A stretch of 64,000 nucleotides of DNA from Tubulanus polymorphus. Its lineage: Eukaryota > Animalia > Nemertea. Both the position numbers and the translations under genes were made by a program. Where the stretch lies: NCBI RefSeq assembly GCF_964204645.1, contig NC_134034.1, forward strand, positions 3,923,814 through 3,987,813. The letters run 5' to 3'. Shown piece by piece: positions 21,301 to 36,300 of this stretch (position 1 is its first letter; each line of letters opens with the position of its first letter). The notes below the pieces were generated by a model. The model did not search any database, was not told the origin of the DNA, and saw only the letters and a program-made list of their open reading frames with translations.

Positions 21301-24300
21301 ACATTCTCACAATCATACGCACACCACACACATACGTTACTAGAGACACTAAAAGATATAAATATAAATTAGACTTGAAGTCAGAACACACAATTATGGT
21401 TACTAGTAATTAGACAAGAGCAGACTTCTGAGACTGTAACGAAATATACTTAAATGGGGCTGATTTTTCAATTCAGATGGTAGATTGTTCCAGTATTTTG
21501 CACCTTGAATTTTAATACTTCTAGATTTTATATTAGTTTTGGAAAATTCGATGAAAAGATCATTGATTCTGCGCGTGTTGCGCCAATTAGGTCTAGTACG
21601 CCGAAAAATGAAGAAGTCTTCAAAAAGGTCAGGTAACAATCTCCTTTTATTTTTTGATTTGATATGGCGTCCCTTATACAAACCCACCACACCTGCCGGA
21701 AGCGATACATGGGTTTGATTTGGAAATCGGAAATCGAAGTACAGATATACAGTTGCAAGTGCCATATTTATTGGTCAATGACCATTCTCAGACGGTTCAC
21801 GCAAAAGCAAAATGGCGAATAGCTTTTTTCGAAGCGCAGCGCTAACGTCCGGTTATTTCGCAACAGCAGTGCGCTCAATCGGCTGATAGAAGGCCTATTG
21901 TTTCAGCTACACGGTTCGGCCGCTTGAATCGCCTGCCCAGTATGTCCGAGGCCGGTAATCCAATGTTCTGCCTTTCACTCTAGAACGAATACGCCTAAAA
22001 TAACTTTCCCGATATCAGACAATGGGTGTAAACGCTTTCTGTCAATGTCGTTCGTTTTAACTGTATTCTATTTTAAGAGCGATGATCGCTATTTATGCGA
22101 GGTTTGGGTGTATACCTGCGTCAATAGGTAAACTGTAGACTGTAACGTATATAGATTTCTATTCTACATATGATGCACGCTGAACTGAACTGTCAGTTTC
22201 TCCGAGTTCTCAAAATCTATTAATATTTAACTATAGTCAAATATAGAGGAACTACGTGTACGGATTTATGTGTCGCATCGTCCTTGTTTTCTCACTTCAG
22301 CTTGTGTTTGATGGTCATGACACGCCAGATGCGGTGTGACCCCGACGTTATAACCTTGGTACAAATGCATTGATCGCGATGCACCCCCAACCCTCCTCAC
22401 TCTCCACGCATGTCTGAACCCTCCTCACCCTCCACACGTGTCTGAACCCTCCTCACTCTCCACGCGTGTCTGAACCCTCCTCACTCTCCACACGTGTCTG
22501 AACCCTCCTCACTCTCCACGCGTGTCTGAACCCTCCTCACTCTCCACACGTGTCCGAACCCTCCTCACTCTCCACACATGGCTGAACCCTCCTCACTCTC
22601 CACGCGTGTCTGAACCCTCCTCACTCTCCACGCGTGTCTGAACCCTCCTCACTCTCCACACATGGCTGAACCCTCCTCACTCTCCACGTGTGTCTGAACC
22701 CTCCTCACTCTCCACGTGTGTCCGAACCCTCCTCACTCTCCACACATGGCTGAACCCTCCTCACTCTCCACACATGGCTGAACCCTCCTCACTCTCCACG
22801 CGTGTCCGAACCCTCCTCACTCTCCACACATGGCTGAACCCTCCTCACTCTCCACACATGGCTGAACCCTCCTCACTTTCCACGCGTGTCTAGACGACCA
22901 GTTTTCAAAATAAAGATCTTCCGCAGGGAGGTTTTGTTTATCTTCAAACTTTTCATTCATTCATTCATTGCCCATTACGTAGTTTACTTTGCAGGAACAT
23001 CTTAGAATGAATTTGAATGTGATATTTGTGTATTATATCATGCGATGATCTATACTACAGTGGAACCTCGTTAAAACGAACTCGGAAACAACAATTCATC
23101 GGATTTAACAAATATAGAATTTGTCCCGAGTGACAAGATTTGATTAATTCAATACTGGATATAACGAACTATCAGTTATAGTGAACAGATTTTCTGGTCC
23201 TGTAAAGTTCGTTGTAACGAGGTTCCACTGATGACGGAAATAGATCTGAAATGGGAGTTGATTAAGTTTGAATTCATTGTCAGAAAATACTATATTTGCC
23301 TTTTAAGTAGCGAAATACTATTGACTGCTGATTCCAACTGGGCGAGTAGTGATACAACTGTGATCGCAGCTGTGCGCGAGTAGTGGCACAGTTTCATTGA
23401 AATAATCACCAGATTGTTAGACAACTGAATTCGGGAACAGATACAAATCACAATATGTCCCGTAGTAAGATAGAAGCGCGTTACATGGCAACAGATGCTC
23501 CGATACCGTGGCACAGCTGCTTCGACTTGGAAAAAAGAACCTTATTCTCGTAGGCTAGTTTCGAAATTCAGATTCCGCTTAGTACATCGGCGTACCAGTA
23601 GAGGATTTCGAGGCTGGCTAGTCCGACAGTGGCTGATCCAGGGCCTGTGCACCCCCTAAAGTCCTCGCTAATTTTTTTTCGTGAGAACGAAGACAAGCAT
23701 GTGAAAAATCCCTGAAAATGCGTAAGCTTATGTCGTTGTTTACAGTTACCAGCACTTTTTTACGGCAGTCCTACATCATTCATGTTGTTTCATACTTTGA
23801 TCGTGCCCAGAACGCGTCTCCGCGCATCTGATTTAAACAATTTTTCCCCCAGACCCCCTACTTGGATTTGTGCACCCCCTCCATGGAATCCTGGATCCGC
23901 TGCTGCGAGGTTTGAATTTGAGTCTGAAAACAAATGAACAGGATCGATATCCACGCGAAAAAGTTAGAGCAAAGGTTGATAATGAGTGCGAATTTTCGGT
24001 TATGAGTAAACTGAAGTTACTGGTCCATTTTTTAACTCACCTGCCGCTTAGCCCTAAAGGTTTTGGACGTATCTTTGCATCCGATGAGTTCGTTCTCATC
24101 ACGAGGGTTTTGTACGTAGATATGAATTCGTGTCGACCCCATCGCCATCCTCCCTCTGGGCAGGGATGATTCTGACCCGATGGCATCGCTACACCCAGCC
24201 ACGGCACGAAACCGTGCCACACAGGTTTACCACACGAAAACTTGCGGCACCAATCCGATCGCTCGTTGTATAATCGCTAAGGCAAATTTCACGGTTAAAC

Positions 24301-27300
24301 TATAAATAGGAAAACCCGGGCTAGGATTTTACGGGATATGTGATCTGACTGATAATGACATCATCTAAGCTGCGCACTCGGAGCAGGGTTTCGTACCGTG
24401 ACAATTTCGATGCTATCAGGTTCGAATCCCTGCCGGGAGACGATGCCCCATCATCTGAGTGTTTAGTTATGTATTCAATACGCCCTCGCCGTTGTTTCCT
24501 TTGCCCGACATCAGTGGCAGCTCCGATGACGACAGAATTGCAAATGAAAATCGCGAATTGCGAGCAATTAATTGAAAACCATCGCAAGATAGAATTGAGA
24601 AACCTCGTAAGGGGTTTACTGGCAACAGTAGAAACTAGATCCTGACTTAAGGTCATCGAGGTTAATTCACTGTACGATAGCTTCCATGGCTTCGTGCGTC
24701 TCAATTTCACCTCGAGCCAAATCATTTTCCCGTGCAGTATAGGCCCCATGAATCACGAAATCTATATCTAACACCGAGAATAGAAAAGTTATTTGCTCTT
24801 ATGTATTATTTCGGATTCGGGCGTAGGCCCTATAGAAATCTGTTTCAGTTGAAAATTGAAAAATTTCGAAAAATTGAAAACTAGTTTCGACTAACTTAGC
24901 CTAGCTTACAGCAACAAAGTAACTGGAGACGACTAGTTGCCGGGCAGTTTTCGGCGCATGAGAGCAACTGGCTGGATACAATCAGTTGCTCGAATGTGTC
25001 GATGTGAGTGAGCTTACGACTGGTAAGGGACGATCTATCTCTAGTTCCAAACAGTTGCCCATGTTCTAGTTTTGAGTTACTGGTTGTACTCAGTTGCGGT
25101 CATATCGCTCCGATATCAACAACACAACTGATTAAAACTTTAGCAAAAATGACACTCGACTCGGGATGCCCTCAGGAATATTAGCTAGATTACACATCCC
25201 AGTTGCTGTCGATGCACGCGCTGTGGATCTAGAGACTGGCATGAGCCACGCTAGATTTTCGATGAGAGCGGGGTACTGGCGGCAGTGTTTAATTTGCCTG
25301 CGTCGGGCTCTTGGGCTCTGAAAAGGTGCGTATATATACCAAGCAGATTGAATGAGAGTGCGTAAGAGTAAAATGTACTAAACGCGCGGTTTATCTTGAC
25401 AACAGTTGCTATTTATTCATCGCAGTTTTCACGTCGATCGTAGAGCGAATAATATCGTTCAACAGTTTCTATAGAAATCAACGTACTCATCTCCCGTCGC
25501 TGTCGGCGCGCTGCTGGTTCTTCGAGAACCGCTCTATCAGCGGTTAAGTGCCCGCAGCAGTCGTTTATACAATCATGCGGTTAATCGAGAAATTAAACGT
25601 GACTTTTGCGATCTGAGTGTATAGCTATTGACATGTAGCGTATGGGCCGAGCTGAAGGTCATTTCTTGTATTCGTGCCTTTACATTACTTTACGCTTCTA
25701 AATCCTATTTATTTTATGGACATGTTAATGCACTTCGCTGCTATTGCTGCTGATCAGATTCCGGGCATCTGGAATCGGAAAGTAGCTCTTCAATCGGTAT
25801 AGCGCTCTATGTCAGGAAGAAGGTTACTCTTTGAATGGGGGCCTGAAGTGCTGTACCGTTACAATAGAGGATGCCACTTTAAGTGGGAAATAATGATCCA
25901 CCAGGTGTCACTAGTGTACAGTAGGACGTAAACTACTGGTAATCATTGATTCCACTTTTGGCAAGTGAGCATCCACCAGGTGTCGTTAGTGTGCAGTAGG
26001 ACATCAACTTCTGCAGCATTTGATGATTCTACTTGTGACAAGTGAGGTTCCATCAGGTGTCGCTAGTGTGCTGTAATAATGATCCGCCAGGTGTCACTAG
26101 TGTACAGTAGGACTTAAACTACTGGTAATCATTGGTTCCACTTTTGGCAAGTGAGCATCCACCAGGTGTCGTTAGTGTGCAGTAGGACATCAACTTCTGC
26201 AGCATTTGATGATTCCGCTTGTGACAAGTGAGGATCCATCAGGTGTCGCTAGTGTGCTGTAGGACATCAACTACCGTGGCAATAGAGAATTCCCCTGTGT
26301 GGGATGTGAGGATCCACCAGGTGTCATTAGTGTGTAGTAGGACATCATGTAGTATGATCTTTTTAGACCTCTTTATGCTATCAATTTTAGTCAGGAGAAT
26401 AAAGTTATATCTTATCTTATCAACTACCATGGCGATAAAGGATTCCACTTGTGTCAAGTGAGGATCCACCAGGTGTCGCGTCCTGTAGAACATCAACTAC
26501 TGTGGCGATAGAGGATTTCGCATTTGACCCTCTGGCAGCAACAAGCGAGGGTCCTCTAGGTGTCTATTAGTAGTTACTGTTAGTAGTGACTCTAGGTACA
26601 GCCTAGCAATCAATGAAAACTTAAACCAAGAACGTTTAGGCATACACTATGGTGGCTGATTGGGGCCAAGTTTGAAAAAAAAAAAATTCCGTGCAATATG
26701 CCGCGCAAAAAAATATATTGCTTCGTTTCTGCGCGGTGCAAAAACGAAACGCGCCAAAACGAGCGCAGAAACGAACATTCGTTTTAGCGCCCGTTTAAGC
26801 GCGGGGATTTCTCGTTTTTGCGCCGCGCAAAACGAATTTCGTTTCTGTGTCCGTTTTTGCGCAGCGCAGAAACGCGCCAAAACAAGCACAGAAACGAACC
26901 TTCGTAATAAAATATATTTTTTTGCGCTGCATATTGCACGGAATTATTTTTTTTCAAACTTGGCCCGAATCAGCCACCATAATATACATATCTTTAGGTT
27001 CATCCGATTTTATTCGGGTGACAAAAAAATCCAGTCGAAGTTGATAGAAAATAAACCCATCACGAAATCTAGATGAATTAATATTTCGTATGATATTTCG
27101 TATTTTGCAGTAAGGCGAAAGCGCGAATTAAGAAGGCGAAAGCGCCCCCTAGACCGTCGTCGCTGGTGCTAGAGAACGGACGCGTCGCGATACTGGCTCC
27201 GACCGCCGATGAAGCCGACGATACTCAAATACAAATACAAGTGGTACTACCTAGCGGCGACGTACAGAAACACATCGTCGATAAGAAGTATGTATATATA

Positions 27301-30300
27301 TACGTAGGCTGGAAATTCGAGTTCGGCTAAGAAATTAGAAAATTAGTTTCTTATTCAAACGGAGAACCGACTCGTGGCACGTTTAATAGATTGAGAACCC
27401 GGGGCTAGATTACCAGTGGATGGTTGACATAGTGAAAGTTCATTATTGCCACAATGTTTATCCAACGGTTATCTTTAACCAACCTTTGAGCAAGCGACCC
27501 CGGGTATTCGGTTTTCAATCTGACTGTAAGATTGAAGTGTTTGAAAATGAACTAGTTTCCACCTGTAGGTTTATGAAGATCCAACTCAGAAATATGTAAT
27601 ACTGGGTAGTGTTTTCCAATTTTGAAGGGGCTTCATCTATTGTTAAGTGTTTGTACGTGTAACATCGAAAAAATAATGAAAGTGGTGGCCACCCTTTTAA
27701 AACTTGTTTTGGAGAACCCTGCTGAGCCTAGGGTTGACTGGTCTATTGAACCAGCCCCTAGGGTTAGATTAGAACTGGTATGCTCGTATTTAGAACCAAC
27801 CTCTGGGCTTTAACATAAAATTGGTTTTTTAAACCAGCCCCACGGGTTTAGAGTTAAGTTTGGATTTTAAAACCAGTCCCTGGGGTTATGATAAAAAACC
27901 GTTCTATTGAACCAGTTAAAGTAAAAACCGGTCCCTGAAGGATACACGGTTTAGAATGGTATGTATCAGAAAAACACTTTTCGTTAATACTCGTGTGGCT
28001 TAATTTTATGGCTGTGTGTCCGAGATTAATGAAATATGACAGAAAAACTGGATAAAGTTCATCACTGCTGAATAACAGATAGTTATTCATTCTATTTTAT
28101 CTCAATTTCGCAGTTGTAGCCATGTGATCATTATTATTGATTTGTTCTAATATCGGCTCAATAGAATAAACTTGCAGCAGCAACAGCTCAGTGACAAACA
28201 TTAGAAATCAATGATGAGATAATATGCCACTGTGGCAATCAAGGATTCCGCTCGCAGCGATTGATGATCCACCAGGTGTCGCTAGTGTGTTGTAGGACAT
28301 CGACTACTGCGGCAATTGAGGACTCCGTGTAGGAGGCACCTGTGGCATGTGAGGATCCACCAGATCGCTAGTGTGCAGTAGGATATCAACTGCTGCAATT
28401 GAGGATTCCATTTGTGACCAGTGAGGATCCACCAGGTGTCGCTCTAGTGTGCAGTAGGACATTTGAGGACCCTCCAGGTCTGGTGGGCAGTGGGACGTAG
28501 ATTTCGATCATAATTAAATTGACGTTTCAAAATTTTCAATGAATACAATAAATCCCCGCATAGAAAGGGGAACTTGGTTACTTGCCGGAGTTGTTGATAT
28601 CCTACTGCACACTAGCGACATCTGGTGGATCATCACTTGCCACAAGTGGATTCCACGATTCCCAGAGAGGTTGATGTCCAACTGCACACTAGAGACACCT
28701 GGTGGATCATCACTTGCCACCACTTGATTGCAAAAGTAGCGTTAAAAGGGAATGATCTTTAAGGCTGGTTTGGATATACTTAGATTCGGGAAAAACCCAC
28801 TTTTGAAAGAGTGAATTGTTACTAGCGCCACCTAGTGGATACTCGCGGAATTTTCTTAAGTCGCTTTAACACTGCCAGGTCCTCAATACATCATTTCGAA
28901 CTAAAAAACAATCAACTATTTCAATTCGGTCGACGCTATTTGATTTTAATTTTCTGCGGCGAAACCTCGACTGTTTCGTCGTTTGGGTAAATACGAGAAG
29001 AGCCCTTCGTGATTCGTATTTTTATCCCGGGTTGTTATTTGAAGTACTCTTGACTTCGTACAAAATATTCATGACACGTACAAAAAAAAAAAACTGCGGA
29101 CGATTTTTAAATGCGTGCTTCGAGCCAGTACAGTCATTGATTTAGATTTTACTTCATGGTGAAAATATCGCGAATAAACCAATTTTGTGTGTAAGATAGA
29201 AATTGAACCATTATTTATTTGATCGGTAGATTATTGTTCTGATTTTTTTTTGTTATCCTGTGTCCCTTACAAACCCACCACGCCTACCGGGATCGTAATA
29301 GGGAGGTTTGATTTAGAAATTTTAGCCATAGTGTCAAACGTTAATTATAAAACAACAGCGGCTTTTTTCGGAGGCTGAATATTTCATTTACGTTTCGGTG
29401 TTGGGCTATGTTGAAAATGAATTCGGGAAAAGAAAAAGAATCTTCAACCTGTTATGTCATAAAGTCTGCTTTAACCTGCTTATAAAGTCTTGTTTTAATA
29501 ACGCCCCTGAGTGGTGCTAAGCGGGTTGAGGGGAAAAAGAAACTTGAACATGATAATAATTCGACGAGTGACATTCAGCGGGTTGAGGAGAAAAAAGATT
29601 CAATAACGCTGGAAGTAGCGTTCAGTGTAGAAAGCTACGAGAGACAAAATGTCCGAAAATGTTTCCTAGAGCTGGTAGTTTATTGGACACTTCGACTATA
29701 GTCATTGTCAGGAATTATTCCTAGGATGACTAATTCGAATAAAGTCGAAATGTTGAATAAACCACTAGGCTCTAGAAAACGTTTTCGGACTGTTTATCGT
29801 TATTCTCAACAGGAATATAAGCCGCGATCACACGTGCATTTTTGGCCTGGGCCAAATATGGCCCGGAACAACTGTTCACATGGGTGCCAAATGGGCCTGA
29901 GCCTGTTTGGCCCGACCAAAAACGTCGGACCAGGCCCGAGTCTAATTTTAGCACCGGACAAATGATTGCATTTGAATTGCAACTAGCACCGGAAATGATC
30001 CACTTCGCTTTGTTTGAGCATTGTTGAGTATCAAGTGAATGGTTTTCGTGTGAACGCTGTCTCTAATTAGGCACGGGCCAAATTTAGCCCGAGCCTGATC
30101 GGTGCCAATTTGGCCCGTGTGATCGCGGCTATAGTCTCTTATCAATAAGGATTCAAACAAACGTTGAAACTGATTCTGGTATTTTTCGCGAATAAATTCA
30201 AGCCCTACTGAAAATTGTCACTAGGCCGTGTATATCGTATTGCTAAGACTAGTAATAATTAGGTAGTGGTTATTCTATGCAGTTCTGAGGACTGGTATTT

Positions 30301-33300
30301 GAATGTGTTTGTGTCACCTTACTGTTTATGTTGCATAGGTATATGTAGGTCAGATTGTTTAGGTTTTCAGGGACAATGTTGTCGACACGCATATCTTAAC
30401 AATAAGTGCTCGTTATATATAATCCGTTCTTAGCGGACGCCGCCATTGTGTGAAGCCTACAATTCGAATGTTTTAGGCCCGAGGACATGTGAAAAGTATT
30501 TTGTTCTCATTACAATTTATGTCCATTATCAAATATATATGATGTCAATGATATTGATATTGATATTTGATAGAAAATGATATGATGTCCTTATATTTCA
30601 TACCTAGTTCCTCCATCCCACACATACGTTTATAGACCAATTTTACTGATCTTCATACGAAGGCGAGTACCCAAAGGAGAAGCCATCCATGGGGACTAGT
30701 CCTCCCCTTCTGAATTTTTGGAGGTGCCCTCAAAGGCTTTTCTCTTTTCATTTTATTAAGAGATGTGAATTATTTATTTCGTTTTATTTTTTCGCGCATT
30801 GTGGTGTCCGTCGTGCTTACTTTTGCGCCCTTTCAGTGCCCCGGTCCCCATCTTCTAAAAATCCTGGCTCCGCCCTTGATACTTATTGACCTCACATCCT
30901 CAAACCTTCTATCGATATCTTCAAAAACGATCGGCTTTAAGTCATGTTTTACTTAAGAGTGTTTGAAAGGCGATGCGAAGATTCTTCGGACTCAGTTTTT
31001 AGATGGTTAAAATCAGTTTGGTTAAATATCTACGCTTCGATATCCGATTCCAATCAATCAAACCCCCTTTAGGTGTGGCGGGTTAATAGGGGACAGCAAA
31101 TTTAAAAAATCAAAATGAAATTTACCAATCAAATAATTACCAGGGTCAATCCCTATTTTGAGAATTGAAAAATCAATTTTCTTCGAACAAGAATGTTACG
31201 CAGTATCATCATCTGGTCGATAAAAGCTCGAAGACATGTTTTGGTTTTGCGAGCATGTTTCAAACGGGGCAGACCGCGGCAGTGAAATGTATAGCCTATA
31301 GACTTTATCAACTCAGTGTACATAGGCCTACATAATCTCTATACGTAGAATAGAATGAAATGAAATCATTGAGATAAACATTAATAGAACGTGCTGGTTT
31401 GGAATGTCCATTTTACTGATAAATCGCTCCGACACGTATTGGAAATGTGCACGGCCTTCCACCGCGACGATAGCGGGTTACCCTCGAAATTGTTAGTCCA
31501 GGGGCTAGTTTTATGAACCATTTTAAACTTTCGAACTGGCCTATTACCAGCCATAAGGGTTAAAATAGCCACAGTTCTTCAAAATTTGCTACCGGGCTTG
31601 AACTTGAAACTGGTCTATAAAACCAGCACTTTGGCTTAAATTGAAAATTCATCCATTAAACAGCCGCCGGGTTTAAGTTAAAACCGGTCGATTTAACCAA
31701 CCCCTGCATTTAAAGTTTGGTCTGATAAACCAGCCAATGTGCTTGAATTTAAAACCGGTCCATAAAACTAACCTCTAGGCTTAAAGTAAAAACACGGGGG
31801 CTGGTTTTATAGACTGGTATTAACATAAACCCGGGGGTTAACTCAATTAATTTTCAATTGAGTTAAACCCCGCAATTAACTAAATACCAGTCTATAAAAC
31901 CAGTTCCACGAAAAAGTGTAAGCCAAAAATGGTTCTAGTTAGAATTGTTGTCCTCATTGAAAACATGAATTAACCATGAATAGCGATTACACCAAAAATT
32001 TTAGTTAAACTTTTTTGCGAAACTGGACCCAGGTTTATGAAACTACCCTATGTAGTTTAAAATCAAAACTACGTGTTTGATCCAGGCCGTAGGGTTAAAG
32101 GTGAAACTAGTCTATAAAACCAACCCGGGGTTAGAGGTGAAACTGGTCTATTAAACCGGCCCCGGGGTTAAAGGTAAAACTGGTCTATAAATTCAGCCCA
32201 GGGGTTAAAGGTAAAACTGGTCTATAAACCAGCCCGGGGTTAAAGGTAAAACTGGTCTATAAAACCAGCCCCGGGGTTAGAAGTAAAACTGGTCTATAAA
32301 ACCAGCCCCTTGTCAGCTTTCTTCAAAAAGTTTTAAGCTTAAAATCAGTTAAGTTATCAGTTAAGAATTGTTTCCCTCATTGTAAACACGAAGTGACCAA
32401 TAGCGATTAAACCAAAAGTTTTAGTTAAACTTTTTCGTGAAACTGGGACTCGGGCTTAAAGATGAAACCGTTCCGTAAAACTAGCCCGGAGTATGAATTT
32501 ATTGTCTATTTTTTTCGTCGCGCACAGGGTACCCGTGATGGATCTATTCGTCCAGTTGGCGGCGGCCAATAAGATCAGCCCGTCGAATCACATGATCAGC
32601 GCGATCGACGGCGCCGGCAAGTCGATCGAGTTCCGTCCGAATCAAACGATCGAATCGTTGAAAACGAACAAGATATTCATCGAGCCGAAAATGTCGTCGC
32701 GGGACAAAGAACGATTGAAGAAACAACGACTCGACTCGACTCAACAGTTCGAGGTACGTTTGAAAGTATCCTCGTTCGTCAATGATATTTTCTTTTATTC
32801 TATTAACCCTTTCAGTGCTGACTAATCAATACCCTATAGTGCTGGAGATAATTTGAAAATTTTTAAAAATTCCACCCTAGTGTGTTGAATAACGGGAATA
32901 CCACTGCAGTGCATCTACACCACGGTGCAGTGTATCGTTAGTTACTAGTATTTCACTTTGTTTAACAGGTGCTGCCATTTTTTAAGAGAGATAATTACTA
33001 ATTACATCAATACACCGCAGTGCAGTGTACTAACAAAATTTATCACTGATTAATGCACCGCACTGCAGTGTAGATGCACTGAAAGGGTAAATCAAACACC
33101 GACCTGTTGTAGGTTTTGACGAATTTAGACGCGTGTTCCGGTTTAACAAACAAAGCTATACACTTTTAACCCTTTCAGTGCTGACTTATCAATACCCTAT
33201 AGTGCTGGAGATAATTTGAAAATTTTGAAAAATTCCACCCTAGTGTGTTGAATAATGGGAATACCACTATAGTGCATCTACACCGCGGTGCAGCATATTG

Positions 33301-36300
33301 TTAGTTAATAGTATTTCCCTATGTTTGACAGGTGCTGCCATCTTTCAATAGAGATAAAAACTAATTACTAATTACATCAATACACCACAGTGCGGTGTAC
33401 TAGCAATATCCATCATCGATTCGTACACCGCACTACAGTGTAGACGCACTGAAAGGGTTAAATCGATGATTCATGAATAATGGACCAATAGCTACAGTTC
33501 TACTCTAAAATGGAGTTCGGGCTCAAATTGTTGATTAAAAGCGTATACGGGGCCCACTAGGGGGCCTTCCTAGATGCTGGACTTTGCTGCGGATATTTGC
33601 TGCGGATATTTGCTGCAGATTACTTGCGAAGTCGTTTTGATTTACCTACGATGGGTACTAAACATTCTCTGTGTTATCAAGCTTGGGCTCAAATTGTTGA
33701 TTAAAACCGTTTTTGGCGCTCCATACCCTGCCCCCCCTCCAGGCCTAAAGCTGTACAGCTCTGTCACTTAAGACCAGCTTTTTCTTGTTTGACTAGGCGC
33801 CAATGTACAAGAATAAACCGTCAGACCTTTTGGGCTCAAACTGTTGATTAAACGTCCCTTGGCTCCCTAACTATCTAGTCTTACGAAGCTATGGAAAAGA
33901 TTCACTTTTCTATTGGATTAGTTTAGCGACACCTGGTGAATCCTCACCTGCTACGTAGATGAGGAATCCTCTTTTGCTACATTAGTTGTTGTCCTACTGC
34001 ACACCAGTGACACTTGGTAGATCTTCACTTGCCACAAGTGAAAACCATTTTCACTGCAGTTGTTGATGTCCTACTGCACACTAGCGACATCTGGTAAATC
34101 CTCACGTGCTACGTAGATGAGGAATCCTCTATTGCTACATTAGTGGTTGTCCTACTGCATACCAGTGACACTTGGTAGATCTTCACTTGCCACAATTGAA
34201 AACCATTTTCACTGCAGTTGTTGACGTCCTACTGCACACTAGTGACACCTGGTAAATCCTCACCTGCTACGTAGACGAGGAATCCTCTATTGCTACATTA
34301 GTTGTTGTCCTACTGCACACCAGTGACACTTGGTAGATCTTCACTTGCAACTAGTGAAATCCATTTTCACTGCTGTAGTTGATGTCCTATTGCACAACAG
34401 TAACGCCTGGTAGATCTTCACTTGCCAAAAAGTGAAATCCATTTTCACTGCAGCAGTTGATGTCCTATTGCACACTAGTGACACCTGGTAGATCCTCACT
34501 TGCCAGGTCCGCATTGACAGAAGATATTGACGCCCATTTCAAGGGTATTTCAAAGATGAATTCTATTGATTCTATTGATTATTGTGATTAATTACATGAT
34601 TATTGTGATTAATTAGTTAACGCATCGATTGATAATTGGTCTGCCCGGTGACAAACAGATGGTTCTACGTGTCAGTCTACAGTCGAAGCTAGCGGACGTG
34701 TTCAGGTCGATCTGCGACGAAAAAGATCTCGTGCCACAATTCCACGAAGTGCGTCATCCTCAAACGCTCGAAACTCTCGACATGGAGAAAACTTTAAAGT
34801 ATTACAACATTACGGAGCTAGTAGTCGTCAACAATGGAGGTAAGTTTGGCGCTCTGTGAAAGATTACGTTTTCAGTACCAAATACGAATTTTTTATAAAA
34901 AGATTTTGTCCGACTCAAACGATTTCGCAGTTTGGTTGATCTCAGTTTCGCAGTTTGGTTTGAGCCCATTTTCAGTTTGGCTCACCCAATTTTCTGAACA
35001 AAGTTGAGTTGGCCCCAGTCTGGTGATGGTTCCCATGGGTTGACTAAGGCAGGGTGCTCCTGTCATCGGGTTTAGGCCTAAATCCCTGCTGACAAGATGG
35101 GTCTTTTACTGGTCAGGCAGGGTTTGTACGGTGCCAAAAAATCATGTTTTTTTGCGGGCAGATCTATTTGCAGAAAGTTGTAAAGTTGAAAGGGAATTTT
35201 TCAGAAAAAGCAGCATGTCATACTATATAGGGGATCATTCATTTATTACGTACGCATAAAATTTGAATTTTCAACCCCCCTCCCCGACTGTACGCAAAAT
35301 CGGCCATCTTTTCATATACATTTAGCATTACAGTACGCAATTGCACTGACCCCTCCCCCATCCTCTAATGCGTACGTAATAAATGAATGACCCCTAGTGT
35401 CAACTACACAGTGTGGGTAGTTTTGGCACTTTTTACGTATTAGTACAAAATAATTTATGATAATTTATGCTAATTAGCTTATCAACATAATTTATAAGGC
35501 CAAATTTTGATTATATTATATCACCAAAATAAAGTATTAACAATAAATAACGAACTTTGCTTAGAGAGTTTGGCTCAGATAGGTACTAAGATGTAAAGGT
35601 TGGGACATTATACGTCAATTTACATAATTGAATTATAGCAAAATCATCCAGCCTCTGAGGGAATTTTACAGTAAAATCTAGCGACACCGAAAGATAAAAG
35701 GAAAAAAAATTTGTCTATAATTTGAAGATACGTAAGACTGCAGCAATCAGAACAATTCAGGCACCGTAGGCACGTGTTACTATAGCGAAAATCTCGTGCC
35801 CTTTTTTTTCATTTTTTTTTTCATACCCAAAGTAGAAAAGGGCACATTATTAAATGATGAGGTTGATGATTTTAAACGAAGAGCACGTAATTTTCTTCAT
35901 GATTTTGTCTTTATTGGCTGGAAACAACATCTCGATGCAGTTAATTTGCTAGAAAGCAATTCATGACTGGACATTAATTACTTGGAAATTGCAGCAAATT
36001 TCAGAATGCATTTTTAGTTGTGCTACCCTCAACAGTGGATGCGCCCCTGCAATTTTCATTTTCTATGATAAAGAACTTTATTTTCTTTACTCGAGGATCA
36101 TTTTCGTTCAGATTTCTCAATGTTTATCGTTTTCGTTGAAATTCCAGTTACGAATAGCGGCACGAGTATTAAAGAGGAGACCTACGACGTGACTAGCCAA
36201 TCAGAGCTTCCGATTATCGAACAGTACGTGCCGCCGCCGAAAATGGACGCGCCATCGAAAAAGAAACGCGGATTTTTCAACTTCGGGCGATCGAAAACGA

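Noticed and set aside
25250-25330. Possible alternative phase-2 COBL-like exon ending AAAAG|GTGCGT
   Set aside because: Weak acceptor, no in-frame ATG and no recognisable homology
25865-26570. Regularly spaced repeats with hairpins resembling a CRISPR array
   Set aside because: The intervening sequence is itself repeated, so there are no unique spacers; there are no cas genes; and the context is a spliced eukaryotic intron
26647-27076. Basic ORFs of 80-138 aa
   Set aside because: They lie within a palindromic MITE with internal repeats
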